Source: Patescibacteria group bacterium
GTDB taxonomy: Bacteria; Patescibacteriota; Patescibacteriia; SG8-24; DYFX01
DNA: 64,000 nt
NCBI GenBank assembly: GCA_041659045.1
Contig: JBAZZB010000001.1
Location: 262,111 to 326,110 of the forward strand
Direction: 5' to 3'
Below, in pieces: positions 26,735 to 36,556 of the stretch. The first letter of the stretch is position 1; each line of letters opens with the position of its first letter. The position numbers were made by a program, and so were the translations under genes. The notes under the pieces are model-generated. The model was not told the origin of the DNA. It ran no database searches and saw nothing but the letters and a program-made list of their open reading frames with translations.

Positions 26735-27205
26735 ATGCCCGGTCCGCTCGAATGGGGTTTCATCTTCGCAGCTCTTTCCGTCGTTCTTGCTCTGATCACG
26801 TGGAAGCTCACGCAGTACCACCGCAACCGCATCATCAACGCCCATCTCGCGCAGCGCGGCGTCTTCTATTTCACCAAGATGAAGAAGGGTGAGAAGATCT
26901 GGTGTCGCATGGAGCGCAGGCACGTCTACGAGATCGAGTTCCTCGGCCTCCAGAACCACTACCGGATCTACAGCCTCAAGAAGCTCGTCATGAATGAGAA
27001 CGGCGAACAGCACGTGGAGAAGATCTACGAGCAAGTCACCTTCAGGCATGCTGAGCTGGAAATCGCGCATCGGTTCTGTTGCAACGAACCGGGCCCTTGG
27101 TCGACGACGATTGTCGAGATTTCGCGAGCGAGGCTTCGCCCGGAGTATCGACAGGAGACCGCGTCTCAGCACACGCACACGATGTACCCCTCTGAGCAGG
27201 CCTAG
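26735..27205 (+). CDS. membrane-anchored hypothetical protein
   Basis: N-terminal TM helix (WGFIFAALSVVLALITW); no known domain. Confidence 0.5.
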   Translation: MPGPLEWGFIFAALSVVLALITWKLTQYHRNRIINAHLAQRGVFYFTKMKKGEKIWCRMERRHVYEIEFLGLQNHYRIYSLKKLVMNENGEQHVEKIYEQVTFRHAELEIAHRFCCNEPGPWSTTIVEISRARLRPEYRQETASQHTHTMYPSEQA

Positions 27206-27262
27206 CAGGTCTGTTTTTTTGTCCGTTGCTGAACCTGAGCCGCGGCGGTACACTGCGTCTAT

Positions 27263-28420
27263 ATGGGAACCCACTCCTCTTTTCGTATTGCCCGCGCCGC
27301 CGCGCTCGTTTCCTTGAATATCGCCGTTGCGTTAACCGTGCATGTTGCCTGGTCGGCTTGGTTGCCGTCTGCTGGCGCTGCGCAAAAAGCGATTGCGCCA
27401 CTCAGTGAAGAAGAACGGATGATTCAGGTGATCGCTAAGGCGTCGCCCGCCGTCGTTTCAATTTTGGTACAGCAGGAAGGACAACAAACGTTAACGGTCT
27501 CGATCGGCGACGATATCAAAGTCGCGGCGCCGACGCGTCCGCTGGTAGAAGTGGGGAAGGGGACAGGCTTTATCGTTACGGCAGATGGTTTGATCGCCAC
27601 GAATCGCCACGTTGCATATTCGCGCAGCGCGATTCTGACGGTTTTCCTGTCGGATGGACGTTCCTTCAAAGCACGTGTCGCCGACATCGACCCTGTGAAC
27701 GATCTTGCCTTACTTAAAATCGAGGCGAAGAATCTTCCAACGCTTGCTCTTGAAGCCGACGACGCCTATCGCCTCGGACAAACGACGATCGCGATCGGCA
27801 ACGCGCTCGGTAAATACGCCAACACGGTCACGCGCGGCATTCTTTCGGGCGTGAACCGTGAAGTGGAAGCGGAGAATAACGTGACGGGTGCTACCGAGCG
27901 TCTTGAAGAATTGCTGCAGACGGACGCGGCGATCAACTCCGGAAACTCCGGCGGACCGCTTTTGAACCTCGACGGCAAGGTCATCGGTATGAACACGGCG
28001 GTTGAACATAGCGGCCAGGGCCTTGGCTTCGCCATTCCTGTTTCCGAAATTCGCAAGGTGACCGATTCGTATCGCGTCTACGGCGCGATCGCACGCCCAC
28101 GTCTCGGCGTCCGCTATTTCCCGATCACGCCGGAGTTTCAACTTGAACACAAGCTCGCGTACTCTTACGGTGCTTTCATTGGTACCGACGAACCGGGGCA
28201 AGCCGTCGTGCTGCCGAACAGTCCTGCCGGTGCGGTCGGTCTCATGGCTGGCGACATTATTTTGGACGTGAACGGCAAGAAGCTTGAAGGAAAGATGACC
28301 TTGGCGAAAGCGATCCAATTGTTGAGGGTCGGTGACGCGGTGAAAATGAGCGTCGCGCGGGGAGATGTGCTTCTCGTGCTGACCGCTCGTCTCGACGCGC
28401 AACCGCCCTACGCCAACTAA
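27263..28420 (+). CDS. HtrA/DegP-family serine endoprotease with PDZ domain
   Basis: catalytic triad context TNRHVAY / NDLALLKI / GNSGGPLL; C-terminal PDZ (LPNSPAGAVGLMAGDIILDVNG). Confidence 0.85.
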   Translation: MGTHSSFRIARAAALVSLNIAVALTVHVAWSAWLPSAGAAQKAIAPLSEEERMIQVIAKASPAVVSILVQQEGQQTLTVSIGDDIKVAAPTRPLVEVGKGTGFIVTADGLIATNRHVAYSRSAILTVFLSDGRSFKARVADIDPVNDLALLKIEAKNLPTLALEADDAYRLGQTTIAIGNALGKYANTVTRGILSGVNREVEAENNVTGATERLEELLQTDAAINSGNSGGPLLNLDGKVIGMNTAVEHSGQGLGFAIPVSEIRKVTDSYRVYGAIARPRLGVRYFPITPEFQLEHKLAYSYGAFIGTDEPGQAVVLPNSPAGAVGLMAGDIILDVNGKKLEGKMTLAKAIQLLRVGDAVKMSVARGDVLLVLTARLDAQPPYAN

Positions 28421-28421
28421 C

Positions 28422-29696
28422 ATGGAAGCTCCGCGCGCCATCCTACAGGCTCCGACCGAACGCTGGCATGCTCCCATTCACGCGTGCAGCTGGTTCGTGT
28501 TTCTCGGGACCTCGTTGGTGCTCGGATTGTATTTCACCGCCCCGGTTCCTGACTGGGCGGGGATGATCTATGTATCGTCGACGAAGGCTGCTCCGCCCGT
28601 GGAAGAGCCAAGCGCTGCACAGCACGTGCCGATGCCGCAAGAGGTTCGTGGAATCTACATGACGGCTTCGAAAGCGGCTTCAAAGAAGTCGCGTTCCGAA
28701 TTGTTCGCCTATCTTGAGCGCAATCGCATGAACGCGGTCGTGATCGATATCAAAGATGCGGACGGGCGCTTGTCATTCGTGCCGACGCGAAGTTCGCTCG
28801 CAACCGCCGCGCCCGAAGAAGCGACGATCAAAGATCTCGACGCGGTTTTACGAGAAGCAGGGGAGCGGAATCTCTATCGCATCGCGCGCGTTTTCGTTTT
28901 TCAAGATCCTTCGTACGTTGAACGATTTCCTGGCGAGGCCGTGCAAAAAACATCCGGAGGCGTGTGGGCTGACTACAAAGGTGTGACCTGGGTCGACGCG
29001 GCATCGAAAGCGGCGTGGCGCTACAACGTCGAGATCGCCCGCGAAGCCTATGCGCGAGGGTTCGACGAAATTCAATTCGATTACATCCGTTTTCCAAGTG
29101 ACGGTGACATGAAGTCGATCGTCTACGCGCAGCACGACGAACAGCGTCCGAAGCACGAAGTCCTCCGAGATTTTTTCCGCTTCATGCACGACGAGCTTGA
29201 AAAGAAGCAAGGGATCCCGGTTTCCTACGACCTCTTCGGATACGTCACGTGGTACATCGACTACGATCTCGGTATCGGACAGCTCCTTGTTGATGCGCTG
29301 CCTCACGGCACGGCGGTCTCGGCGATGGTGTATCCTTCTCATTATGGGGTGGGAACGCTCGGGTACCAGAATCCGGCTGATTACCCGTATGAAATTGTCG
29401 CTGATAGCCTAAAAAAGGCGAATCGCTTGTACGCCCAGCAAGAAAAGGAGTGCGATGAGCTTGCACAAGGCGTGAAAAGCGCGACGTCGACCTTCCTCCT
29501 GCCTTGCAATACGCCGCTCGCGCATCATCGTCCGTGGCTCCAAGCCTTCGATATCGGCGCGGTCTATGATGCCGACAAGATCCGGGCGCAAATCAAAGCG
29601 ACGCGCGATCAGGGTGGAAAGGGATACTTGCTCTGGAACGCGCGGAACGTCTATCGAGACTTTGATCTTGCGGCGACATCCACGGCGTCGTTGTAA
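28422..29696 (+). CDS. membrane-anchored putative glycoside-hydrolase-like TIM-barrel protein (DUF4015-like)
   Basis: signal-anchor helix; GFDEIQFDYIRFP segment as in putative glycosyl hydrolase DUF4015 proteins. Confidence 0.45.
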   Translation: MEAPRAILQAPTERWHAPIHACSWFVFLGTSLVLGLYFTAPVPDWAGMIYVSSTKAAPPVEEPSAAQHVPMPQEVRGIYMTASKAASKKSRSELFAYLERNRMNAVVIDIKDADGRLSFVPTRSSLATAAPEEATIKDLDAVLREAGERNLYRIARVFVFQDPSYVERFPGEAVQKTSGGVWADYKGVTWVDAASKAAWRYNVEIAREAYARGFDEIQFDYIRFPSDGDMKSIVYAQHDEQRPKHEVLRDFFRFMHDELEKKQGIPVSYDLFGYVTWYIDYDLGIGQLLVDALPHGTAVSAMVYPSHYGVGTLGYQNPADYPYEIVADSLKKANRLYAQQEKECDELAQGVKSATSTFLLPCNTPLAHHRPWLQAFDIGAVYDADKIRAQIKATRDQGGKGYLLWNARNVYRDFDLAATSTASL

Positions 29697-29731
29697 GAAA
29701 CGATCGAGCCTCACGTCTATACTGAATGCAT

Positions 29732-31114
29732 ATGACACTACGTACTCGCCTCGCTGCCGTCGCTCTCGTGAGCTTTTCGTTTTTTGGCGTCGTTTCTTCG
29801 GCGCGCGCCGAGGGGCCTCTCATACTCGAAATGTTCGACGGGCGTTTTTACAATCCTGCCTCCGGGCTTTCCGCTGAATCTCCAGGAGCGCTCTTGAAGC
29901 TTCTCGATGCGGGTTCTGCCCCAGCGCCGGTCGTCGAAGCACCAGCAACGCCTGTTGTTACACCTTCGAGCGAACCCGTAGACCCTGCCCAACCGGCTCC
30001 GACGCTCGAAAACGCCGTCCTCCGGGCGCGCGCCGCGCTTCAAGAACGCGTCGATACGGCCGAAAAGAAAAAACCGGATGTCGTCACGAGCTATGACGTC
30101 TGGGTTGATGTTACCTTGGCCGTCTGGAATTCACGCACGAACGAAATTCAGTATCTCGAAGCCAGCAAGAACGGTACGAAACTCAAGTTTACCGAGACAC
30201 CCGATGCGTACTCGGTCAGCGTGAAGCGCAGCAACGGCGTCAACTCGACGTTCGTTGTTGATACGGGGGAGCGCGTCGTCGTGGCCGTTCGCTATCCGAT
30301 TTTCAAATCCATCTCGGTTTCGAAGAAAAAGCCGAAGTACGAATTGCACGACGTCGTCTATACGCCGTATTCCGACGGTTTGCACACGGCTGAAATGGCC
30401 GCGTGGGGTAAGAACGTTCTGCGTCTCGAAATCAACGCGGCTTACGAAGCGCTCCGTTCGACTGGCGTTCGTTCACGCGCTTTTCCCGACCGCTTGATGG
30501 CTGATGTTGTCGATCCGCATCTCGTTGAGGGTATCGCGATCATCGAACACGTCGGTTTGGGCGCACTCTCTGGTCCGAATGCCGAAGAGGCGATGGACGC
30601 CTTCTACGTGACGATGGGCGGCAACCAGGACAAGGCCTACATCTACGCGCGTTCTTCCGCTGGCGCGCTCGGTCTCGTGCAATTCATTCCGAGTACCTAC
30701 GCCATGATGGCCAAGCGCAAGGAATTGAATCTCATCACGGACTTCACCAAAGGCATGTCGGACCCGGTCAACGCCATCAAGGCACAGATCGCCTATCTCG
30801 ACGCAATTCTCGCCTCCATGCCATTGGCGGTGAAAGACATGCATTACGTTGATCCTGCGCGCGTAGATGAATACTTGGCGGCGTCCTACAACACTGGCGA
30901 GACGCGCGTAAAGCGAGCCATCAAGCAGTGGGGCGACGAGTGGTCCGAACCGCATACGGCTGAGATCGCGGCTTTGGCGAAAAAGAAAGGTGCCAAGAGT
31001 GCAGCGGTGAATACAATGAAGAAAGGAACGCTTCTTCCGGAAACCGTAACGTACGTAAAAAAACTCCGGCAGGCGCTGAAAGTGCTCAGCCCGCCGGAGC
31101 TTCCGACGACGTGA
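29732..31114 (+). CDS. secreted lytic transglycosylase (SLT domain) protein
   Basis: signal peptide; SSAGALGLVQFIPSTY matches SLT GLMQ-type motif; Pro/Ala-rich linker. Confidence 0.65.
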   Translation: MTLRTRLAAVALVSFSFFGVVSSARAEGPLILEMFDGRFYNPASGLSAESPGALLKLLDAGSAPAPVVEAPATPVVTPSSEPVDPAQPAPTLENAVLRARAALQERVDTAEKKKPDVVTSYDVWVDVTLAVWNSRTNEIQYLEASKNGTKLKFTETPDAYSVSVKRSNGVNSTFVVDTGERVVVAVRYPIFKSISVSKKKPKYELHDVVYTPYSDGLHTAEMAAWGKNVLRLEINAAYEALRSTGVRSRAFPDRLMADVVDPHLVEGIAIIEHVGLGALSGPNAEEAMDAFYVTMGGNQDKAYIYARSSAGALGLVQFIPSTYAMMAKRKELNLITDFTKGMSDPVNAIKAQIAYLDAILASMPLAVKDMHYVDPARVDEYLAASYNTGETRVKRAIKQWGDEWSEPHTAEIAALAKKKGAKSAAVNTMKKGTLLPETVTYVKKLRQALKVLSPPELPTT

Positions 31115-31117
31115 TTC

Positions 31118-31957
31118 TTATTTGACGACGTTCTGAAGTTGGAGCTGGAACGCGCGCTGTACGTTCTCGGGTGACAGGAGCTTGAGGGAGGAGGTATTCA
31201 CCTGCTCCTTTTTGCAATTCGAGGTTGTGAGGCAGCTGTCGAAGCAGCCGACGATTTTACCGAGGCACTCGTTGACGCAAGCGGTGTCCGGAACGTGGCA
31301 GGTTTTGCCAGCTTTCGGATCTTCACAGGTCACGACTCTCGGAGGGCAAGCGACGAAGCACTTTGCCGAAGTGTCTTCCGTACAGCCGTTCGTTTTAACG
31401 CACGTGTCGAACGTTGTGGTGTTGCAGGAAAGTGACGTCGCGTCGGTCGTGGTGGTGGTCACAGCCTTCGGCGCCTCGGCCATTTCAGCAATGATGGGCG
31501 TCACTGCAGCTTTGAGTTCGACCGTCGCCTCTGTCGGTGCCGCGGCCAAGCCTTCTTGCAAGAGTGTCTGAGACGCCGTTGTCGAAACCGTGATCATTTC
31601 CGTCAGCGATGTCGAGAGTTCCGTCGTACTGGCCTTTGAAGCTGTTACAACAGCGGAGTCGACAAGCGACAGCGATGCTTCAGCGGAGGCGATCGATTGT
31701 TCAATCTTGCCTTCGGAGCTCATGACGGCAGATTCGGCGGCGCGCTCTTCGGAAACAGCGAGTGTCGTCTCGACTTTCGACTCTGTCGAGAACGAGAGAG
31801 CGATCGCGATCGAGTCGATCGTCTTATCGAAGAAGCTGAGCGGGCTGTCTGGCAAGATGCCAGCGGTTTCGAAGGTCGCGTCAGACAATGCAGCGGCGGA
31901 AACCGGCAAAGCGAGCGCGATTCCGAGTGCGGCGATTGCGGCGGCGGTAATTCGCAT
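31118..31957 (-). CDS. secreted Ser/Thr/Ala-rich protein with Cys-rich C-terminal domain
   Basis: signal peptide MRITAAAIAALGIALALPVSAA; low-complexity S/T/A tract; 14 Cys in last 80 aa. Confidence 0.55.
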   Translation of the reverse strand: MRITAAAIAALGIALALPVSAAALSDATFETAGILPDSPLSFFDKTIDSIAIALSFSTESKVETTLAVSEERAAESAVMSSEGKIEQSIASAEASLSLVDSAVVTASKASTTELSTSLTEMITVSTTASQTLLQEGLAAAPTEATVELKAAVTPIIAEMAEAPKAVTTTTTDATSLSCNTTTFDTCVKTNGCTEDTSAKCFVACPPRVVTCEDPKAGKTCHVPDTACVNECLGKIVGCFDSCLTTSNCKKEQVNTSSLKLLSPENVQRAFQLQLQNVVK

Positions 31958-32021
31958 AAAAAGAATAATGAATATCGTTCTCAGGTTACCACGCGAGAAG
32001 GCTGTGCTACAATGCGGACAT

Positions 32022-34634
32022 ATGCGGAAGCTCCGCTTTTTCGTTGCCGCGACGTTTTTATTGTTCGGCGCGCCTTTCACGGCGTCGGCCGCGAGTTCGC
32101 TGATCAAGGGTTCGTCGCCCGCGGTCTACTACGTCGATGAAGGCAAACGCTACGTCTTTCCAAACGAGAAAATATATTTCTCGTGGTATTCGGGTTTCTC
32201 GGACGTGCGGCAAGTTTCCGACGAAGAACTCGCGTCGTATCTGATCGGTGGCAACGTCACCTATAAACCGGCCTCCCGACTCGTGAAGCTGCAAAGCGAC
32301 CCGCGCGTGTTTGCGATCGGCGCCGGCGGCCGACTTCGTTGGCTTTCATCCGAGAGCGCAGCGCGCGGTTTGTATGGCGATGATTGGAATAAAAAAGTTG
32401 ATGATCTCTCCGACGCCTTCTTCTTCGCCTATAAAGAGGGGGAGCCAGTCGCTTCGGCGGCGGATTTTGATAAAGCGGGGGAGCAAGCGATCGGTTCCAT
32501 TGCCGATGATTTGGCGGCCAGGAGCGGCACGCCGGTTTCATTGGAAGCTACGGCGGTCAAAACCGGGTTATGGAGCGATCCGAGTGTCTGGGGCGGCGCA
32601 CGTCCTGCCTCGGGAGCGCGCGTGACGATTCCATTCGGACAAAAGGTCACCTATGACATGGAGAACGGGCCAACCTTGAAATCGCTCGACGTGCGCGGCG
32701 CTCTTGAGTTCGCGCAGGATCGTTCGATGCGTCTTGCCTCGCGGCAGATCACGGTAAGCGGCTCGATGTCGGCCGGCAGTGCTGGCGCGCCACTACGTGC
32801 CGATAAGCGCCTCGAGATCGCTCTTACGGGTGCGGCGACCACGGCGGTCGCGGATGATGGACTTCTTATTGATGGAGGCACCTTAGCGCTCTATGGCGCG
32901 GATGTCGGCTTTGCCTGGACACGCCTCGCGTCACCTGCAGAAACGGGCGCGACGAGTATCGTACTTGTTGCACCGGTTGCCTGGCCGGTCGGTTCCGAAA
33001 TTGCCATTTTGGGAGCAAGTAATGAAGAACAGGAAACGCGCGTGGTGAAAGCAGTCGATGGTGCGACGCTGATGCTTGATCGCCCGCTCGAAAAAATACA
33101 TCGCGCGGAAGAGGGGTTGCGCTCTGAGGTTGCGCTGCTTGATCGCAATATTGAGATTCAGGGGGTCGGCAACGGTTTCGGTGCCTACGTGCGCGGTATC
33201 AATCGCGCCTCGATCGCGCTACGTAACGTCGAACTCTCTTCGCTTGGTCGCAAAGGCGTCGCGGGACAGTATCCGCTCATGCTCGACGGCGTGACAAACC
33301 CGATCTTTGCTTCGAGCGTTGTTAAAGACGCGGGAAATCGCTGTGTCACGCTCAGGCAAACAACTGGCGCTGAAATCAGTGACAACGTCGCGATCAACGT
33401 CTACGGTCATTGCTTCGCGACCGAAGATGGAGCGGAAACAAACAACGTGTTTTCCGGAAACTTGGCGGCGCGCGTGCGAGGAGGTGCTCTGCCTGGCGAC
33501 GGCGCGCCAGCGGCGTTTTTGTTTCGTCACCCAGGCAACTCCGTGGAGCGCAACGTCGCGGTCGGCGCCGACGGTTTTGGTTTCTGGTATCTGCTTTCCA
33601 ATGACGCGACAACGAACGCCGGTATTCGACTGCATCCTCGCGAGGCGAAATTGGGTTCGTTCATAGATAATACGGCAAGGAGCAGCGCCAAAATTGGTTT
33701 GTACGTCGACAACGGCAAAGGGAGCGGAGATTATATTCCGGAATCCAAGGCTGTGTTCTCCGGTCTGACGAGTGTTATGAGCGGCGAGCGCGGATTCTGG
33801 ATTCGTGGCGTGAATCTTGAGGTAACGGACGCGTTCCTCGCAGAGAATCCGATCGGCGGCACATTCGCGGCCTTTGGTGCCTCGTTGAAGAATTCAAAAG
33901 TGATGGGAAGACTCGAAGGATCATCTGAGGCGACTTCCGCGCGATACGGTTTTACTTTCGATGACGGTCCGATCAGCGTCCAAAACGTGGCATTCTCGCA
34001 TTTTACAGGCGGTGCCTCGGCTCTTGGTTTTGAAGAGAAAAACGAAGAACTGCCGGATGCACGCAATAGTTTCAGTGGCCTGACGTTCACGGACGCCGAT
34101 GCCTGGCACGCGGCAGATCCTGAGACGGCGGGAGATTTTATGGCGATGGCGCGCGATCTCGACGCGGGGAATGTTGTGGCAATGAATTCCGTATTCCTCG
34201 GACCTTCATGCGAGAAGATGAAGGGAAACATGCGCCGCTGTTCCAGTCCGTTCGCGCAACTTGAAGTGGTGCTGCGTGGCGGCTTGAGTAACAAGAATGT
34301 CATCTTTACCGAACTCGGCAACGACGCCGCGGTTACGCTCACGCCAGGAGCGGCTTTCGATGGCGAATACGCGTACGCTACGGTGGCGGAAGGGGGAGCC
34401 TATCGCGTGGAAATTGCTTCGGTGCCCGTGCTTGATATCAGCTACAATGGTTTGACGCTGCCGCTTCTCGTGCGCGTACCCTCCGGTCTCGGTTCCGTCG
34501 TGCGCAAGGATGGTGCGGTGTTGGAGAAGAAAGAAGTAGCGGCGCTCACGATTGGAAGCTGGGCGTACGACGCCACGACTTCCGAAGCCGTGCTTTGGCT
34601 GCGCCCCGGCGACGATTTCGAATTGACGCGTTAA
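32022..34634 (+). CDS. secreted G8-domain / right-handed beta-helix protein (CEMIP/TMEM2-like architecture; possible polysaccharide-active enzyme)
   Basis: signal peptide; LWSDPSVWGG...TIPFGQKVTYD G8 signature followed by PbH1-like repeats (NRCVTLRQT..ISDNVAINVYGHCF); N-terminus carries 2 copies of the ~45-aa repeat also in 25240..26646; ORF-track upstream extension to 31590 rejected. Confidence 0.6.
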   Translation: MRKLRFFVAATFLLFGAPFTASAASSLIKGSSPAVYYVDEGKRYVFPNEKIYFSWYSGFSDVRQVSDEELASYLIGGNVTYKPASRLVKLQSDPRVFAIGAGGRLRWLSSESAARGLYGDDWNKKVDDLSDAFFFAYKEGEPVASAADFDKAGEQAIGSIADDLAARSGTPVSLEATAVKTGLWSDPSVWGGARPASGARVTIPFGQKVTYDMENGPTLKSLDVRGALEFAQDRSMRLASRQITVSGSMSAGSAGAPLRADKRLEIALTGAATTAVADDGLLIDGGTLALYGADVGFAWTRLASPAETGATSIVLVAPVAWPVGSEIAILGASNEEQETRVVKAVDGATLMLDRPLEKIHRAEEGLRSEVALLDRNIEIQGVGNGFGAYVRGINRASIALRNVELSSLGRKGVAGQYPLMLDGVTNPIFASSVVKDAGNRCVTLRQTTGAEISDNVAINVYGHCFATEDGAETNNVFSGNLAARVRGGALPGDGAPAAFLFRHPGNSVERNVAVGADGFGFWYLLSNDATTNAGIRLHPREAKLGSFIDNTARSSAKIGLYVDNGKGSGDYIPESKAVFSGLTSVMSGERGFWIRGVNLEVTDAFLAENPIGGTFAAFGASLKNSKVMGRLEGSSEATSARYGFTFDDGPISVQNVAFSHFTGGASALGFEEKNEELPDARNSFSGLTFTDADAWHAADPETAGDFMAMARDLDAGNVVAMNSVFLGPSCEKMKGNMRRCSSPFAQLEVVLRGGLSNKNVIFTELGNDAAVTLTPGAAFDGEYAYATVAEGGAYRVEIASVPVLDISYNGLTLPLLVRVPSGLGSVVRKDGAVLEKKEVAALTIGSWAYDATTSEAVLWLRPGDDFELTR

Positions 34635-34638
34635 CGCT

Positions 34639-34989
34639 ATGGTTCGCATTCTCCTTCATCTGTTGATTCTCCCGGCGATGCTTTGGGTCGAGCATCGCAG
34701 CGTTACACGTCTCGCGCCGCATCGCGCGATGATGCTGTGGTATCTGCTCGGCGTACCGCTCATGCTGCTTGAAGCCCTGGATTCCGATCTGTCCTGGAAA
34801 TGGCTTTTCCTTCAAAGTCTCGTCTCTGCGTTCTTCTTTCTGCCGGGCGTCTACGCCGCGTTTCGTTTGGCAAAGGCACGCGGCGGCATCTGGCTGCCTC
34901 TGCTCGTCTATCTCGCGTTTTCTGTCGGTGCCAGTCTTCTTGCTGGGCTCGCGCTCGCACACACACCGTTCGCGTTCGGAAAGCTTTAA
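34639..34989 (+). CDS. small integral membrane protein, hypothetical
   Basis: 3-4 TM helices, 116 aa. Confidence 0.45.
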   Translation: MVRILLHLLILPAMLWVEHRSVTRLAPHRAMMLWYLLGVPLMLLEALDSDLSWKWLFLQSLVSAFFFLPGVYAAFRLAKARGGIWLPLLVYLAFSVGASLLAGLALAHTPFAFGKL

Positions 34990-35006
34990 GACACGTGCTA
35001 CACTAG

Positions 35007-36356
35007 GTGCGTATGGCCTTGCGCTACGATTTCTTGGGCATGATGAGGAATCGCGTCGGCGCGGAAGGTGTCTCTCCGGAAGAACTACAAGCTATTGCTG
35101 GATGGTTGGAGGCCTCACGTCGCGCCCTCTTGGATCGGAAAAAAGCCGGTGAGCTCGGTTTTTTCGACGTACCCAAGAAGCGCCCGAGCCGCGAAGCCAT
35201 GTCTTCGATCCTTCGCGCGCTCGATCCAGAGATCGACACGCTTGTCGTTGTCGGCATCGGCGGATCATTGCTCGGCACGCAGGCGGTGTATGAAGCATTG
35301 AAAGGTTTGGAAACGCTGAAACGCGGAGCGCGCGCCATGAAACTCGTCTTCGCAGGCGACGCCACCGATCCTCGTGCTGTGCGCGACGTTTTTGAAAGCG
35401 TTGATTGGAAACGCGTGGCCATCAACATTGTTTCGAAGAGCGGTGACACCATCGAACCGATGGCGATTTTTACAATGCTGCGCCATGAACTCATTCGTGC
35501 GGTCGGCCTTGAAAAGGCGATGAAGCGCATCATTGCCACGACGGACGCAAAAAAGGGGACGCTCCACGATATCGCCGCGCGTGAGGGATATTCCACGCTG
35601 CCGGTGCCGAACAATGTCGGCGGACGCTTCTCGGTCTTTACCGAAGTTGGCGCGTTTCCGCTTTTGGCGGCGGGTATCAACATTGATGAGTTGTGGAAGG
35701 GCGCGGCGTCTGAAGATGCTGATTTTTGGAAAGCCTCACCGCTCAAATCCACGCCGATGGTCTACGCCGCACTTCAGTGGTTGTTGTATCGCCGCGGAAA
35801 AACGATTTCGGTTTTCATGCCGTATGCCAAACGCCTAACACTCGTCGGGCAATGGTATCGCCAGCTGTGGGCGGAGAGTCTTGGTAAGAAAACCGATCGC
35901 AAGAAAAAACGCATCGACGTCGGTCCGACGCCCGTCGCGGCCATTGGTCCGGCCGATCAGCACTCGCAGATTCAACTGTATAACGAAGGTCCATCCGATA
36001 AGATCGTGACGTTTGTTGAAGTCGACGATTTTGACATCGATGCGCGTTTGCCGGAGCCGTGGTCTGACATCGAAGGCGTTTCGTATTTCTCTGGACACAC
36101 GCTGCGTAAAATTGTGCATGCCGAACGCCAAGCCACAGCAGAAGCGTTGACGGAAAACCGCCGACCGAACGGCACGCTGCACCTTCCCGACCTCACCGGG
36201 CGTTCGCTCGGCGCACTCATGCAGAGTTTGATGATCGCGACCGCCGTGGCGGGCGAACTCTTCGACGTGAACGCTTTCGATCAACCGGGCGTCGAAGCCG
36301 GTAAAAAACACATGTACCGTCTCCTCGGCCGTAAAGGCTTCTCAGATCGTTTGTGA
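35007..36356 (+). CDS. pgi: glucose-6-phosphate isomerase
   Basis: SIS-domain motifs VVGIGGSLLGTQAV, SKSGDTIEPMAIF. Confidence 0.85.
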   Translation: MRMALRYDFLGMMRNRVGAEGVSPEELQAIAGWLEASRRALLDRKKAGELGFFDVPKKRPSREAMSSILRALDPEIDTLVVVGIGGSLLGTQAVYEALKGLETLKRGARAMKLVFAGDATDPRAVRDVFESVDWKRVAINIVSKSGDTIEPMAIFTMLRHELIRAVGLEKAMKRIIATTDAKKGTLHDIAAREGYSTLPVPNNVGGRFSVFTEVGAFPLLAAGINIDELWKGAASEDADFWKASPLKSTPMVYAALQWLLYRRGKTISVFMPYAKRLTLVGQWYRQLWAESLGKKTDRKKKRIDVGPTPVAAIGPADQHSQIQLYNEGPSDKIVTFVEVDDFDIDARLPEPWSDIEGVSYFSGHTLRKIVHAERQATAEALTENRRPNGTLHLPDLTGRSLGALMQSLMIATAVAGELFDVNAFDQPGVEAGKKHMYRLLGRKGFSDRL

Positions 36357-36556
36357 AAAACGCATCCGCGCGGCCGACTCTGTTTACGCTTATGGCGCGC
36401 CTCACGGCTGCAGCACGGCAAAAACTCGGCGAACGGCGCCGAGAGCTGAAGACGCGCGACGGCGTTGAAGAACGCTTGGTTGAGGTGAAAAAAGGGGAGT
36501 GGCAGCTGGAGTATTGGCGCGAAAAAGAAAAACTAGAAGTAATCCCGCTGACATGA
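36353..36556 (+). CDS. putative small protein (67 aa), translationally coupled on both sides
   Basis: GTG overlapping pgi TGA (GTGA) and its own TGA overlapping next ATG (ATGA); no homology recognised. Confidence 0.3.
   Translation: MKNASARPTLFTLMARLTAAARQKLGERRRELKTRDGVEERLVEVKKGEWQLEYWREKEKLEVIPLT

Noticed and set aside
31590-32021. N-terminal extension of the G8 protein ORF to 1014 aa
   Set aside because: The extension overlaps the convergent, well-supported secreted-protein gene 31118..31957. A signal peptide (MRKLRFFVAATFLLFGAPFTASA) begins at the internal ATG 32022.
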